Source: Trypanosoma brucei (taxonomy: Eukaryota). Taken from it: a DNA stretch of 64,000 nucleotides. Under the pieces are notes generated by a model. The model made no database searches, was not told the DNA's origin, and saw only the letters and a list, made by a program, of their open reading frames with translations. How positions within the stretch are numbered: position 1 is the stretch's first letter; every line of letters begins with the position of its first letter. Location: positions 1-64,000 of the forward strand of contig CH464491.1 in the NCBI GenBank assembly GCA_000002445.1, given 5' to 3'. The position numbers and the translations under genes were made by a program. Positions 10,513 through 23,900 of this stretch are shown here, piece after piece.

Positions 10513-13315
10513 AAAACGCTTGTAACCTTTCCGCTTCATTCAAATCTAAAGTGTATCGAACTAAAGCGGACACTCAATCAACAAGAATCACGTACCATTT
10601 ACCTCCTTTCCACTAAAAAGAATTTGTACACGGCGGCGCCTCTTCCAAGGTAGCTTTCTCGGTGTTCCCTCAGTAGTGTTTAACTGCATGAAAGTGTTAT
10701 ATCCCTCAGATTCCCCTGACAGGCCAACCAGTCTACTTTCCTTCCACGCGGTCTTCCAAAATTTCGAAAGGCGCTGATTCAACTTTCATTCTTGGCTTGC
10801 TGTCGTTTGGCCGTGACGCTTCCCCATCGGCGATGAAAGTCTAGTTCAACCAACCTCTCTATGCAAAACATGTGGTAGACGCGTGCACAAACCAGCACCA
10901 AGCAGCCAACTCTTTGTTTTTTTTACACCTCTAACCTACACACACCGTGCACTGTGACAACTCTGAGGCACAACTGCCACAGTCGATGTGATTACACGGA
11001 TGAATCTCTGCCGCCGTTTCTTCACCCGAGTGATTGCAACTCTTACACTAGGAAAGTTCACTGCCGATATTCAGACGTCATTCACATAAAACAAATCACA
11101 GAGTAATAATATTTTAGGTACAAGAAAATTCACCTAAATGCACGTGTCCTAGCACAAGACGGTACACTAATAGCACAAAGTGACACTCATTCCCTCACTA
11201 TTCAGAAAAGAGGTCGACGAAACGCCACACCAATAGTCTGTACGGGCATTTTCCCACACACTACACGACTACAATGCCTCTTCGCGGTGTATGCTACCCA
11301 CTATCCTTCACCCTTCCACACCTACAGTGGCTGCAAAATATCAGTTCATACCAGTCACACTACTTGTTCCTCGTTTTTAATCTTTTACGCAGCTGCTTCA
11401 CCACAAAAATTTAGGCACTATTGATCCCAATGCGGTTCTGCGTGGGGATAAATACATTTGCTTCTCTGCCACTAGATACGCGCTTATTAAGCGGCAGAAA
11501 TTATGGAGCGACTACACACGCAGAATATGAAAGCGAGACGAGATAGTTGTTTGCGCGAAGCATATACAAAAGCGTACTTCACATGATAAAGAGCACCGAG
11601 GTTGAATATTACAGAAGGAAAGTATGAAACGCGTGGAATTGAAGTTCTACCCTCTCATTGAGGGCAGGGGACCCATTAGCTCGACGTTTATGGCCTTTAC
11701 TTTCTCCAAACAAAATTGACAACCACAACCTTTCCCCCACTTACCTCCTGCCGCCGGCTTCTGTATTTTAATCACGCTGATGGCGTGCTCAGAAGTTGCT
11801 ACTGTTCCCTTTTATCTAAGTGTCAGAAATGTAAAGTGGCATATGTGCTTAGGCGTCATCGGCAGCTTTTGTTGGAAATAGTTCTTGTTTCCACCCAATG
11901 CATTTTGCATCTAATCTCCACTTTTAACTTTTATGCCCTTGTTTCCAGTATTGTACAAATGCAAACGGTCACATGCTTCCCCACCACGTCCCTGTACACT
12001 CGAGCTGTTTCGATCAATTGAATCGAACTCTTAGCGGTGGCAATGTCACTTTCGTGGGTTACTGAACTTATTTATATGGTTTTGACCAGCCTCATCGTCA
12101 TACATTCCTGATCCCCATAGGAAGGAGCAACATGATACTTAGCCGCTAGATTACCTTTCCTGGAGACCCCAAAAACAGGTGTTAAAAACTCGCCAGAAGA
12201 GGTACACTTACCCTTCATATTCACTTCATTAGCAGAGTTGCAAAGCACTACGACATTACATGATGAAAACGGTAAACGGTAAAATGCTCAAAGTTGAATA
12301 TTTACAATTAAGCAAAAGGAGATAATATCAGCCTTCAGCTCCACGACATCAGCATACGTCTGCGAGATTTTGTTCATCGTGAAGTTAACGTATAGAACAA
12401 AGAGGTTTAGCAGTTTATTTATCAGCATCTTCTAGTGAAACTATTATTACGATTGAGTTAATCGCTTGAAAAATTCGAACTTTGATACTTTTCGAAGAAA
12501 GAGTGCTCAATAACTTAATTAAATGTGCCGTGGCGACAAAGACGCAAAAAAAAAAACATTCGCAAGAATTTCCCTTCAAATAAGTTATGTTTCTTAATAA
12601 ACACAGTATCTGTGAGGCATCTTTATTATCATCAATTTCCCTTCCACATCTGACCCTTTCGTGATTTATTCTTCCTTGGTTAAAGCCGTTCACATATCTC
12701 CACTTTTTGTAACTCACCCATTCATCGAACATTCCTTTTCACTTCATTTTGCACTTTGTTTGTTCGCATTGGTTAAACATATTTTAAGGCAACAGAGATG
12801 ATTTCACACTTGCTGGTCGGAACACTCATTCTCTTCCCCGCATCTTAAACTGCCGATTCCGTTAAATCAACTTGTGGATGCTCACTGCTGCGTTTTAATC
12901 GGCACTTATTACATCTCTTTCAAAAATAAAAAATATAAAAATAACTCACTGGTTACGGTTTCTTAACATGTAACAAGGTTAAGGGGGGCTCCTCATTCAT
13001 TACCTATTTTTTGATATCCTTTACTTCTTCTCATGTATTACGTCATTTTCAATTTTGGTATTCTTCGTCCACACAATCAATAACCTCAATTTCTTTTTCT
13101 CTCTTCAAATAATCCCTTATTTATAGCAAGCTCGTTATTTCTGGCTTGTAGTTATTCGATTATCTTATCAAATGTCGCTACAACGCTCCATTCATACACT
13201 TTTCGGTGAAAGCAGTTGCACATTGGTCACTGATTCTCATTCTTGCTTCCACTTCCAGTGGTGTCCACCTTATTGGACATTTTCCAAGCCGTAAACGGGT
13301 TTACAACAATGCCTT

Positions 13316-14235
13316 TTAGGAGCAAAGGAAGCATAGTGCAGTGGAAAGCACCACTGTATGACTTTTGTGCGCAGCACTTCTCCCCCATTTTACACTGCTT
13401 TCTGCGGACTCCTGCCCATCCAAATTGCCTGTGCCCACCTCCCGTGCATTTTCCCTGTCAGGCCCCGATGTTAAGCTGCTCAGTTGCGGCCGCGTCACGT
13501 GGCTGTTATCATGGTGTGTTATTTGCAGTCCTGAAATATCTTCTCCGTTTTCGGTCGGTTGTCCCCCTAAAGTTCCCACTCCTTGTGTATCTTTTTGCCC
13601 AGGTCCCGGTGCTGCATCCGCTGGCGGTGGCTGCGCCACACTCCAGCTATCGTGTCCTGGCACTTGCGTCCCTGAAATTGTATTTCCTCCTTTTCCAAGT
13701 TCTCCGCTTTGGCCTTCCGAAGCTCCCGGTTCCTGTCCTCTTTGAACCACTTTCTGCTCACTGCCTTCACCCGCTGGGGACGTCGCGGCGGCAGTACTTG
13801 GGAGATTTCAGATGTGTGCGCGATGTGATCGTTTCTTGCGCTTCCAACTACTCTATCTTGTGGTTTTACGCCCACTTTAGGAAAGTCTTCTTTAGAGCCT
13901 GAAATCGATTGACTAGCCCCCTCCGCAGCCGAACCCGGTGTAGTACTCTTTTGTGTTCCTAGCTTCCCGGTGTCTTCGGACGTCGCACTTGCTGGATGGC
14001 TGTTACGAGATAAGGGAGAAGTAGGCTGTCTTCCCGCACTGCTTGGACCGACAGCGCTTTCACTTTGCGAAGAACAGTGGTGGTTATTTGAGCGGTCCCA
14101 GTATCCGTCGCACTTGCTGTTTTCGGTTGTTAATTGTATTGAAGCTTCCGGTTCAGCAAATAAAACAAGCAATAACAGCGTCAAAAATGGAACTGTTGCA
14201 AGTCCGAGCATCGTTTTCTTAAGAGGTTCAGACAA
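13316..14235 (-). pseudogene. Frameshifted member of a two-gene family of low-complexity predicted secreted/GPI-anchored proteins. The N-terminal 222-aa frame is 13567..14235: a signal-peptide-like MLGLATVPFLTLLLLVLFAEPEAS, then ...CDGYWDRSNNHHC..., then a Ser/Thr/Pro-rich region. The C-terminal hydrophobic tail (...HKSHTVVLSTALCFLCS) lies in a different frame, 13316..13750
   Basis: The two overlapping minus-strand ORFs together mirror the single intact paralog at 20125-20964, so a frameshift or sequencing error splits this copy. Confidence 0.5.
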
Positions 14236-17200
14236 AAATTATGCAAAGCAACACTAAAAGCAAAAAAAAAACAACAAACATGTATCAATCTATTCACGTC
14301 ACACGATAAAAAATTATTATCAGACTCGGAATTAGAACAAATAAAAATTAATATGTTACATGTAGTTACGATTGCTTCCTCGCATGAAGAGGTTTCAGAG
14401 AGATTATGAACGTCCCTTACATCACCTCAAGCGCCTTTTCACTACATTTTTTGATATTATGTAGACGTGTCGGTGCATTTGAATACTGCCTTTACACGTC
14501 TTTCTTTTAATGCTACTCAGGGGCATCTCATGATTTCTTATTTTACAAATTCACCGCTACTAAGAGCAACTAAAAGCAAATTAGACAATATGTCTTTTGG
14601 CAACTTCATCTTTCTATCAACTTAATAAGAAGACATACATTTAGTACATTTTTTTAGATCGGAGATGAAAGGTGTTGTTAATGTTTCCTTTATCGTACGT
14701 CCGCAGTTCCTTTGCCGCTCCAATGTGGTTGGGTTAAATCGTCGTTTCAGTTAGTTGCTGCAGCCATAACTATATATATATTTTTTGCTCTCTCTTCTTA
14801 AATACTCTAACCAAGTTTCCAAGGATAGGTTTCGCTACTCCTGTCTCTTGTGCTTGAATTGGCCCAATTGTAAGTTGCGCAAAATTCACGGTTTGTGTGA
14901 ATGCAACGCGTTTGCCTTAATATGCTTGTTTTCCCATATTCAATAACAACAATATCAGCATATGCATTTTTTATTTTAAAAATTATAATGTTTTTTCACT
15001 ATTTAGCTTCGTTTGCCTTCCTGTAGTTTTCGCTTTGATCAACTTGTCCAACTACCTATAGGTGCAAGCACATTCTTTCTATTTTAAAAGCATCGAAGTT
15101 TTCCACTTTATGCACCTTATTTAAAAGACATAAAAAACACCACTTCTTTGTTATCTCTACAATGTCTTCTGCGCTTGTGCGTTGATGACAGTTTTATTTT
15201 ATTAAGGTTAAAAAGTAAATAGTGAGCCAGTGTACACAACCAAAAGAAAAGTATTGGTATAAATTGTGGAATAATTATGGCAGAAATCCGTCCTTTTGTT
15301 GTTCTTGTGATTAAACCCGTCTTAGTTCTGATAGTTGTTTGCTCATTCGGGTTTTCGTTTATTCTTGTTTTTGTGGTTCGTCTGATCCCTTTGTTGATAA
15401 TTTTCTTCTCGCGCTTGACGTTAAGTTTGTATTTGCGTTGGTGGCTGTGTCTATGTTTTGCCTATGGTGGCGTTTGTGTCAGCGTCTGCATTTTCGCTAA
15501 TTTCTTCAACTTTCAGCAGGTTTTCGAGATCCCCAAGTCATTTGACACAACTTGTACTGCCTTGAATTGACAGTTTTGGATATACCATACAAATCTCATT
15601 GGTTTTTGATTCCCGTCCATCGCAGACGCTTAGCATCTTAGTTTTGTCCCCTCATTAGGTATGGTATTCACGACCACTTGATATTTGGCGTCTTTTTATA
15701 TCCGTTAATGGTAGTTTTCTCTTATCCCCAAATACAGTCAGCGTCTGCAGATCCTCTTTATGATCCATTTTCCATTTATTTTGAAACTCATTCCATGTAC
15801 TTCGTGGCTAGCAGAGGCCTTCCATATTGCATAGTCACATCATTCTGCATTTCCTGTATAATAAAAGTCTTTGCGTGGTGATTGTTGGCTTTCTCCCCGC
15901 ACAAACAGAGGAGGACTTCTAGAAAGGTTTTTCTTGTTGCGGTAGCCCTGTCTCGATTGTCTTTCCCACAGTCCAGTTCTCTGTATCGGTTCCTTACTAT
16001 TTCAGTTAAATCATCACTGTTTGATCAAAACATGATATCTTTAACCATTTCCCCAGGGAAGCTGCTTCTGCGACCTCCTTCACTCTTTTAATCGACCCGC
16101 CTATACGCTGTGTTAAACTAACAAGTTCACATAGTGGTTTAAACTCCTCCTCGTTAACTATGCCTTCCCCCGCGATGTACACATACGCCACTACCCAAAG
16201 CATGTCTGTCATCTATGCCGCTGATTTGTTCCATATTTTTGTTCTGCCTCCGCTAACTAGACTTCTTTTTAAAGGATTAGTTGAGAAAAAAATAAGTTTT
16301 TTTCTACCCATTTTGCTCCCAAAAAAGTTTCAAGCAAAGCATGCTCATACACATTTCTATTGAGAAGGCTATCTTCCTATTCTAGATATTTTTAATTGAA
16401 TAGTTGGCACTCCTTGATGAACTCGTATTTCGTGCCCTGTAGGAGTCGTGCCATTAAGATTTTGCAGTAAATACGCCGAGCCCACTCACAGGTACTAGAG
16501 GCACAAGGACTAGTCCCACATATAACCGTACAATTTTATTAACAATACTGCCAGATATTTTGGGTTGTTAGTCCTGCGTCGTGGTGACGAGTTCAGTGGA
16601 ACCCAGTTCGGGACTCTCACGGTTATTTCCGTGGAGCAAGCACGGAAGTGCGGCAACACTTGATGCACTTTTCAACCCTAAAGATATTACGTTTTCCTCG
16701 TGTGAAGGCAACTGTTTGTGTTAGTTGGTTCTCAACGTCAAGTAAAAATTGAGTTGCTATTATTTTTTTTTTCGTTGATCACAATTTATAGCAGCGTGCC
16801 GCCTTCCGATCCAGAGCAGCAGCAAAGACTTCCCAGAACCAGGCGCACCAACATGTGATGCGTTTCCGCTTTGTATACACTCATCCAAGTGGGCATGCTC
16901 CATTGTTGAGTGAATTAAATGTTTGAAGCTCCTACGCATCGAACAGTTTCCACACAAGTAAAATATTTCACCGCATTAGGGCAATAATAAGCACAGGCAC
17001 AACATTTCAGCAAAAGCTCAGTGACGATTTTTCCCAACTTTAGTATCTGAGAATAAGGTATGCTTCCTATGCTTTATTGAGTCGGGTTATCATGTCATCC
17101 AGCGAAGCAAATTAATGCCGGAAGTGATAAAATTGGGTGTTCATTTTATGAGCGGCGACTTTCGCACCCGTTGGTACTATTTCATTTTCCTCTAATATTG

Positions 17201-20124
17201 ACTATTACCACTCGTTACCTATGACGGTTTTCCCTGGGTTGGTTTTAGTGGTGTCGGGCTCTTACTTTTGATGTCAGCTCTCACGATTCATCCACGAAGT
17301 TTCAATACGTTCATTATGGTGGATCCGTTGCCGCAATCATTTCATCCATTGGTAAATTTGAATTTCTTGTCTTTTTCTTCTCTCTTATTCCCCGAGTTCA
17401 CGATTACTTTCGGCGGCTCCAATAGCCATCAGCGGCGGTATACCGCTTCACTGCAAGCCCTAATACACTGCATGACCCTTAACTTTCTCCGTTCTAGGTG
17501 TGTGCCCACAGGATCTTCTTTGTGCATGCGGCTTCCTGTGGCGATGCGGATGGATGCCCCAGATTTTCTCCAAGAAACCTTTCACTTCACATCGACCGCA
17601 ATATTTCGCACCTCGTAAATCCATGCCAACTTTCCAACTCCTTCCTACATATCGGTTACCCACGCTTACCCAACGGAACATGACGGTTCCAGTTCTCCAT
17701 GATAAACTTGAGTCACCTGAAGCCGAAGTCCTAATGTGATACCACACACCGTCGTAATTGGCAACAGTTCTCACTGCGTATTTTCTCCCCTTTGTTTGGT
17801 GCTTTATTTTCAAGCCAAACAGAGTGAAGAGGGCTATTCCCACCATTCACGCTGTTGAACGTGTTCTGTCCGTCACGATCGACACATCACACAAAACAAC
17901 ACTACAATCCAAAACCTTTGAATTATATTTGTACAGAATGCACTAAACGGTGTAGCTCTTCGGCATTTCATGATGCACTTTGCCCTTGGTTCCGAATCTA
18001 ATACAACATTTTATTACATGATTGTGTGTCAGGTTCTCAAACGTGGTCAACCGTGCTTTCTTCACTGTTTGTTTCCCTTTTCCTTCACTCATCATTCTTG
18101 CGACGATGCTAGAGTAATGACTTTCTATACTTGCTGTGTTTTCATCATCTGGGAAGGCTGAGAGACATTATGCCCCTGTTGTGCACCTCACCCATGCTAA
18201 CGACAGTCCCAAGGAGAATGCCCTTAATGCTTTTCTGTTTGTCCTCACTCCAGTGCTAACGCCGCCTTTTGCTCCATAGGCCCCGTCTGGGATTTTTTTA
18301 TACATCTTGAATACGCTTCAATGGGCCCAATATGGTTTACACGATAAAGCATAGTTGCGTTAATGTCTTTCGTTCGTTCACTCCCTTTCCCGCTTCCACG
18401 AACTCGGTTAGTTGAGTGCCATCTCGCCAAAGAAAGTGCATTCCGTCGTATCAATGAAAACTTTGAAACAGGTTCTCGAGCCGGTTTATTACGTATACCA
18501 ACCGGTCTCGGATGGTTTGTCGCTTTTACACACTGCAACAGACCTTGGGGAACCACGACACGGCGGCGACCACCTGTTACAAGTAACCTCTGTATTTGTG
18601 TCAACTGCTCGCTTGGACATATCCTCCACTTCGTTTCATCCCAGTGTGGGAAACGCTAAGTGTGGCTCGCGTTTGAGAGTTACGAACAATTTCTACTAAC
18701 GACACGGCATGCCTGCACCCAATCCTATACGTGTTACTATTTAACTTTGATCGTTCCTTCCTCTTTTCCAGTGGTTTGCAACTGCAAAACATCCGGTACC
18801 TCCATTTTGTTTTCTCAACCGCACCTGGGATGATTGCATTAACTGAACCACTTGTGTTCCATGGACATGGTGCTCTGCTGAATTATCCACTTTTAAACTC
18901 CCCCGATCAGTTTCATCATTATATATTTCCGACGGCGTAGAGGAGGAAACAACACGCTGTCTAGCCTCACGACTCGCCACCACCCACAACTTCGATTGCC
19001 GATGTTAAGAACTTACTTAAAGTAATGCATTTCTCTTTCCTGTAAACTTTAAACGACACTATACTGCTAAAGCAATAAATCAGATAATTGTGAAACCTAA
19101 TATTTGGAAAATAATAGGGAGAACACAACGCCCGCTTCCGAGCCTGTTTCTCAAGCACATATTGTAAAGCTATGTGTGTTGTGAACTCAACCACAAAAAT
19201 TAAAAAAGATCTCGTAGCGTATTTAGCAGCGTCTCCTCGCTACACCATTATTACGTTTGGCGCTTAACAGTGCACGAAGGTTAAGGTTGTTTTCCGCCAC
19301 TATACACCACTTGTTTCTTCAAGTGAGCTGCGGTTGAGCGGTTACAAATCAGAAAACCAACGACACCCCAGTGGTGTTCGCTTCAGTAAGCAATCATTGT
19401 TAAATCTCTTAGTGTAGTTGTAGTGTTGTTACCATCTTCGTCAATTTCTTTCGTCACATTCGCTCAATTTTGTAATTTGTTTACGAGTAATTTAACTTCA
19501 TCACACACCAGCACCTATAAATTTTATTTACATTATAATTCGTTAGCATTTAAATAATTAACGCATTTAACTGTTACTCACATCAGTAAAAAAATATCAT
19601 AAGTTTATTATTGGGGTTTTATGTATTATTAACGAAGTGGTCAGCGCATTTAACAAAATTTAAGTTTACGATCCCGTTAAGTTCGCCTTTAGTAAGCTGC
19701 CTTCAGCCTTTCTGCAAGAGCTCTAACTTTGGTTATGCGGCAACTTTCATTATACTTTCTTGAAACTTCATCAGCTACAACTTCCTTAATACCATTGAAG
19801 CCAGTTTACCTTTTCTTACCTATAATCATTTCATTGAGCATGTCCACTGTCAGTTAGCTTGTGGCTTTTAAAACCTTAACTTATTTTTCCTCCTTCAGAA
19901 TTATTCGACTTACTTCTGCACGTTACCCACAACTATATTATGGTCATGCTCTCCTCTTCCAACATCGTCCTCTTAAATATTACGCCGTTATTACGGTCCA
20001 TAAGTATTTCTCTCACAAAAGAAGTTGCAGACTAGTTTCTGATCCTCGTTCTAACCTTTTAGTTACGCAGCGTCCGCCTTACTTGGCATTTTTAAGCTTA
20101 TGCAGAGACTCACAGCAACGAGTT

Positions 20125-20964
20125 TTAGTAACTCAGGAGGCATAACGCTGCAGAAAGTATCATTGTATTCCTTGTATGTGCAACGCTTCTTCTCCCTTGT
20201 GTACTGTTTTCCGTCGAATCATGTTCCTCCAGATCGCTTGTAGCCGCTTCCTGTTTACCTCCCTGATCAGGCTCCGAGACTGCGCTCCTCGGTTGTGGAT
20301 GCGCTAGACCCTCACCACTTTCCCTTGTTAGCGGTGGTGGTGTGGTGTTCCTTCCCTGCCTCTGCCCTTCATGACTTTCACTTCCACGATCTCGTTTTTC
20401 ACCTTCAGACACTTCGTTTGCTCGCACGGTTGCCTGTCTGCTTTCTTCTACCTCTGTGGTTGCTGGCTCCTCACGCAAAGACAGGCCAACTGGTCCGTCG
20501 CTCCGCTCGACCTGCCCATCAATTCCAGTGGCACTCGCGGCGTCACTTTGTGGCTGACCCTCTTGAGGGGCACCCAAAGAACCAGACCGTGTTCCGCTGG
20601 AAATGCTTAAAGCTGGAGATGGCACCTGCCTTCCTCCATGCTGGGCGCCGGTTGCGCTGCCACGTACTTCTCGTCTTTCCGTTTGCGGCTGCAGAACAGG
20701 GAGTTGGGGAGACGCATCTCCACTAGGCCGATCCTGACGTGAAGGCAGCAATGAACACGGCACCCCTTTGCCGTCACGGTCCCAATATTGAATGCATCCG
20801 CTTCCGGACGAAACCGCTACCCCCACTACACTCGTTGTCGCGGAAGCGCTTCGCGACTCAGCTGGCAGGAGACACGTTATAAGTGTCAGCAACAGCACTG
20901 TTGTATTTTTGAACATAGTGTCACTTAGCTTGTTAACGCACAAAATTACACAAAACACTAACAA
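20125..20964 (-). CDS. Paralog of 13316-14235. A predicted secreted Ser/Gly/Pro/Glu/Gln-rich protein. Its probable start is the Met at ~20916 (MFKNTTVLLLTLITCLLPAESRS signal peptide). It carries the conserved motif C-IQ-YWDRDGKGVPC and a C-terminal hydrophobic GPI-signal-like tail (...NTMILSAALCLLSY). The family is unidentified. An ESAG9-like relationship is a guess only
   Basis: It shares its N-terminal signal, the CxxYWDR(x3-5)C motif, the low-complexity middle and the C-terminal hydrophobic tail with the upstream copy. Confidence 0.5.
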   Translation of the reverse strand: MLVFCVILCVNKLSDTMFKNTTVLLLTLITCLLPAESRSASATTSVVGVAVSSGSGCIQYWDRDGKGVPCSLLPSRQDRPSGDASPQLPVLQPQTERREVRGSATGAQHGGRQVPSPALSISSGTRSGSLGAPQEGQPQSDAASATGIDGQVERSDGPVGLSLREEPATTEVEESRQATVRANEVSEGEKRDRGSESHEGQRQGRNTTPPPLTRESGEGLAHPQPRSAVSEPDQGGKQEAATSDLEEHDSTENSTQGRRSVAHTRNTMILSAALCLLSY

Positions 20965-23900
20965 ACAGGGGCCTCCAATAGATATATACCAATTCGATTA
21001 AGTATTTATTTGTGAAGAATAATCTGATTATGATAGATATCCTTTTCTTATCACTTTGTGGATGCTGGTCACTGCTGGTCACACATGCTCGGTACTTTCT
21101 CCATTTTATTTTCACAATTGAGTTTTTCTGGTTATTTTAATTTTAACCTCAATAAAAGTAACTCAGTAAAATAAGATGATGATCGTAATACGAAATGTGT
21201 TCCACCATTCGTATAATTATTATTATTCATTATCTATTATTTATTATTATTTCTCTTTAAACAAAGATAAACATCTAACACAACAATGACACCAACAACG
21301 CAAAACGCCCCCACAAGTCGTCGATAACCTATATAAATCGAAATGAAGTACAGATATAGAGCTCCAATTACGCAAAACAAAACCTTCCCCCCTTTCCTCA
21401 TTATTTCTAAAATTCAGATGAATTAAGTGAAAGGAAACAGTCACAAAACTAACTCTTATCTCCAAATGATAATAAAAACAGAGGTAAATTCAAATTTGGG
21501 TTTTTGATATACAGAACCCTATTACGTGAAACAATTAGTCACACGTATGACGGACAAAAGGTAACAACGAAACACCCCACCAAACCAGTTGCTTTAAAAC
21601 GCAAAAAATACAACTCGGCAGGTAGGTCGTGTGAGTTGTATTTTTTGCGTTTTCTTTTTGTTTTAATCCTGTAAATAACGTTATTGCTTCCTCATATTTA
21701 CATAGTTTCATCATGCAGTACTCCAAAACTATAAACGGCACACACTTAAGCACCTTCACTTTTAAGCCACCTCGTTTTGTTAATACAAAAGAAACGGTTA
21801 GTTTAAAGGCGGCAAATTATCGGTACCGAATATACTGCGCCCTAGGGGTAAACGCCTTAACTGCTACACGGCAAAAGCAGGAAATGTCAGGAAAGGAAAT
21901 TTAAAAAAAACGGTTTTGCAGTCCTGTTCAACAGTAGACCAGTTCACAGAAAGGGGGAAATTAAAAAATTACATTAAGTTAAAAATTATTCTTACCTCCT
22001 TTGTTCTTTCTTACGCAATATCATTAGGGGAAAATAAATGATCTTTTTGTTTTGAGGCGATAAGGTTTGACCAATGATTTCGTAAGCTCCGATTAACCTT
22101 CCCAGCCAACACGCTCGAATCTACAGTCCTCTGGGCTTCGAATTTAAAAAAATGCCTTACCTCTATGCACACGTTCCCATCAACCACGACCGACCCTAGA
22201 CGAGACAGCTGCTCGTACAGAGTTCACGACGAAATACCCAAACGGGTTCGATCTCGTGATACACCCTTTTACAAAACCGAGGTGTAATTCGCTTTATCAA
22301 ACACTTTAAAGGCAATGACCGCAGAGAATTTAATGTACTTCCTACAAATGACGCCAAATTTAACCCCGAACTTAAATGGCAGCATCAAACTAATTAGATC
22401 CCAATTCATAATATTCAGTAATAAAACTTTTAACAAACTCACGAACACAACCGCTATTCACTACGAGGTTTCTTTGATTGTTATCGCCAAAATCTTCAAT
22501 GATTCTTAACGTTTTAAAATGGGACTTCAACCGATTAAACTCCCATATAAGAACTGAATTGTTAAAACGGAAACTGCATAATCATAACAACCGCAGTTAC
22601 ACCAATCCACGGTAATGAGAACCTCATGCACCCTTCATTTCTTGAAGCTCAACAACCAGTACCCACACTTGGTACACACCACCTTAACTTTTTTAAAAAA
22701 CATCCATATGGTATATAACGAATCATTCTGCGTATTTACACAATTCATCAGAATCGGGACTCTTGTTATCATGCAATACGTTATAACGATAACCCCATTC
22801 TTCGTTATCAACATAACAAGAAATCTCAAACAAATTTTGGACAGCCTTTTTACAAGACAAAATTCAGAGGCAGCTGCGACACGATAAAGAGAAACATTTA
22901 GATAATTATAGAAAATGTCGTCACTGAAAAACTCAGCAATGCGCAAGATAACAGTATGCAACTAGCACACCTAACCTTTGGTAAAATACACAAAACCACT
23001 CTGCAACATTCACCGAACATCGAATAAGAAGGAATTCAAGTTTATCAACTCTTCGTTCAAAGCTGTTCTACCTCATCCATCTTGCTACAGATTACTCTGT
23101 TAGACAAAAACGCTCAGAGTTTTCACAAAAAGTTTTCCTCTGACCTTGCATAATCCAACATCCATTTTTCAGCACCATTGTCATACCTTTTTTGTGGCCC
23201 GGTTACATTCACCTATAACAGAATCACTTTATTCCCTTGTCACTTCATACAAGCACTTAAAGAAGCCTTCAAACAAAATTTTAATATCCTCCGCTGCGAC
23301 CGATTGATTACCGGTGTAATCTACCCACTCATCACTCATATTTTATGCTTGAAATTCACGCTACCATCAAACGACTAAGGCTTATTTCACGAACAAAAGC
23401 ACAACTGCCAAAGAGCATAGGAATGACGTCATGAACATGAATACAGTAGGTTCTGGCTCTTTCATGTCCGCAATATTGCCACCAATCACCCACATTTAGG
23501 TTAAACATGTCAATGACAAAATAATCGAAATTGCTTACAAAATTGTGGGTCCCATCACTCACACTTCTTTGGGACGCCACTAAAGCAAAAATCTTAGTTC
23601 AAACAATTTGAACCAGAAACCTCCCACAACAACATGTCACTGACTAATAGACACGTAAAAAACACATAAGAAAAAGAGAAATAATCCATAGTTATATCGA
23701 CACGCAACGCAAAAATCAATATGTTTCCAGCCTGAACACGGGAAAACTCTACAATAATTTCCCCTTCCCTTTACAAAAGTTAACCAATGTAAAGAAAAAT
23801 ATTTATAAATACTCCTGGTTAAAGGCACAATAATAATATATGTATGCACGAATATACAACAACATGATTTCCTTACGGCACTGCCTGCCCTATTCCCACC

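Noticed and set aside
13243-13902. Plus-strand 219-aa ORF 13243..13902 and 126-aa ORF 13365..13745
   Set aside because: They are antisense to the paired surface-protein gene. They are proline-rich through GC skew of the low-complexity region, and every other gene in the window is on the minus strand.
16430-16680. GC-richer island with a short hairpin (TTCCGTG-GAGCAAG-CACGGAA) in the interval between the two surface-protein genes
   Set aside because: It does not match ingi/RIME ends, a tRNA or an snRNA box by eye. It may be a degenerate element, but I cannot support any call.
20295-20726. Plus-strand ORFs 20295..20726 and 20371..20610
   Set aside because: They are antisense to the intact low-complexity surface-protein paralog.
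22190-22270. tRNA-like B-box resemblance (GGGTTCGATCTCG)
   Set aside because: I could not fold a cloverleaf. It has no matching A box or acceptor stem.
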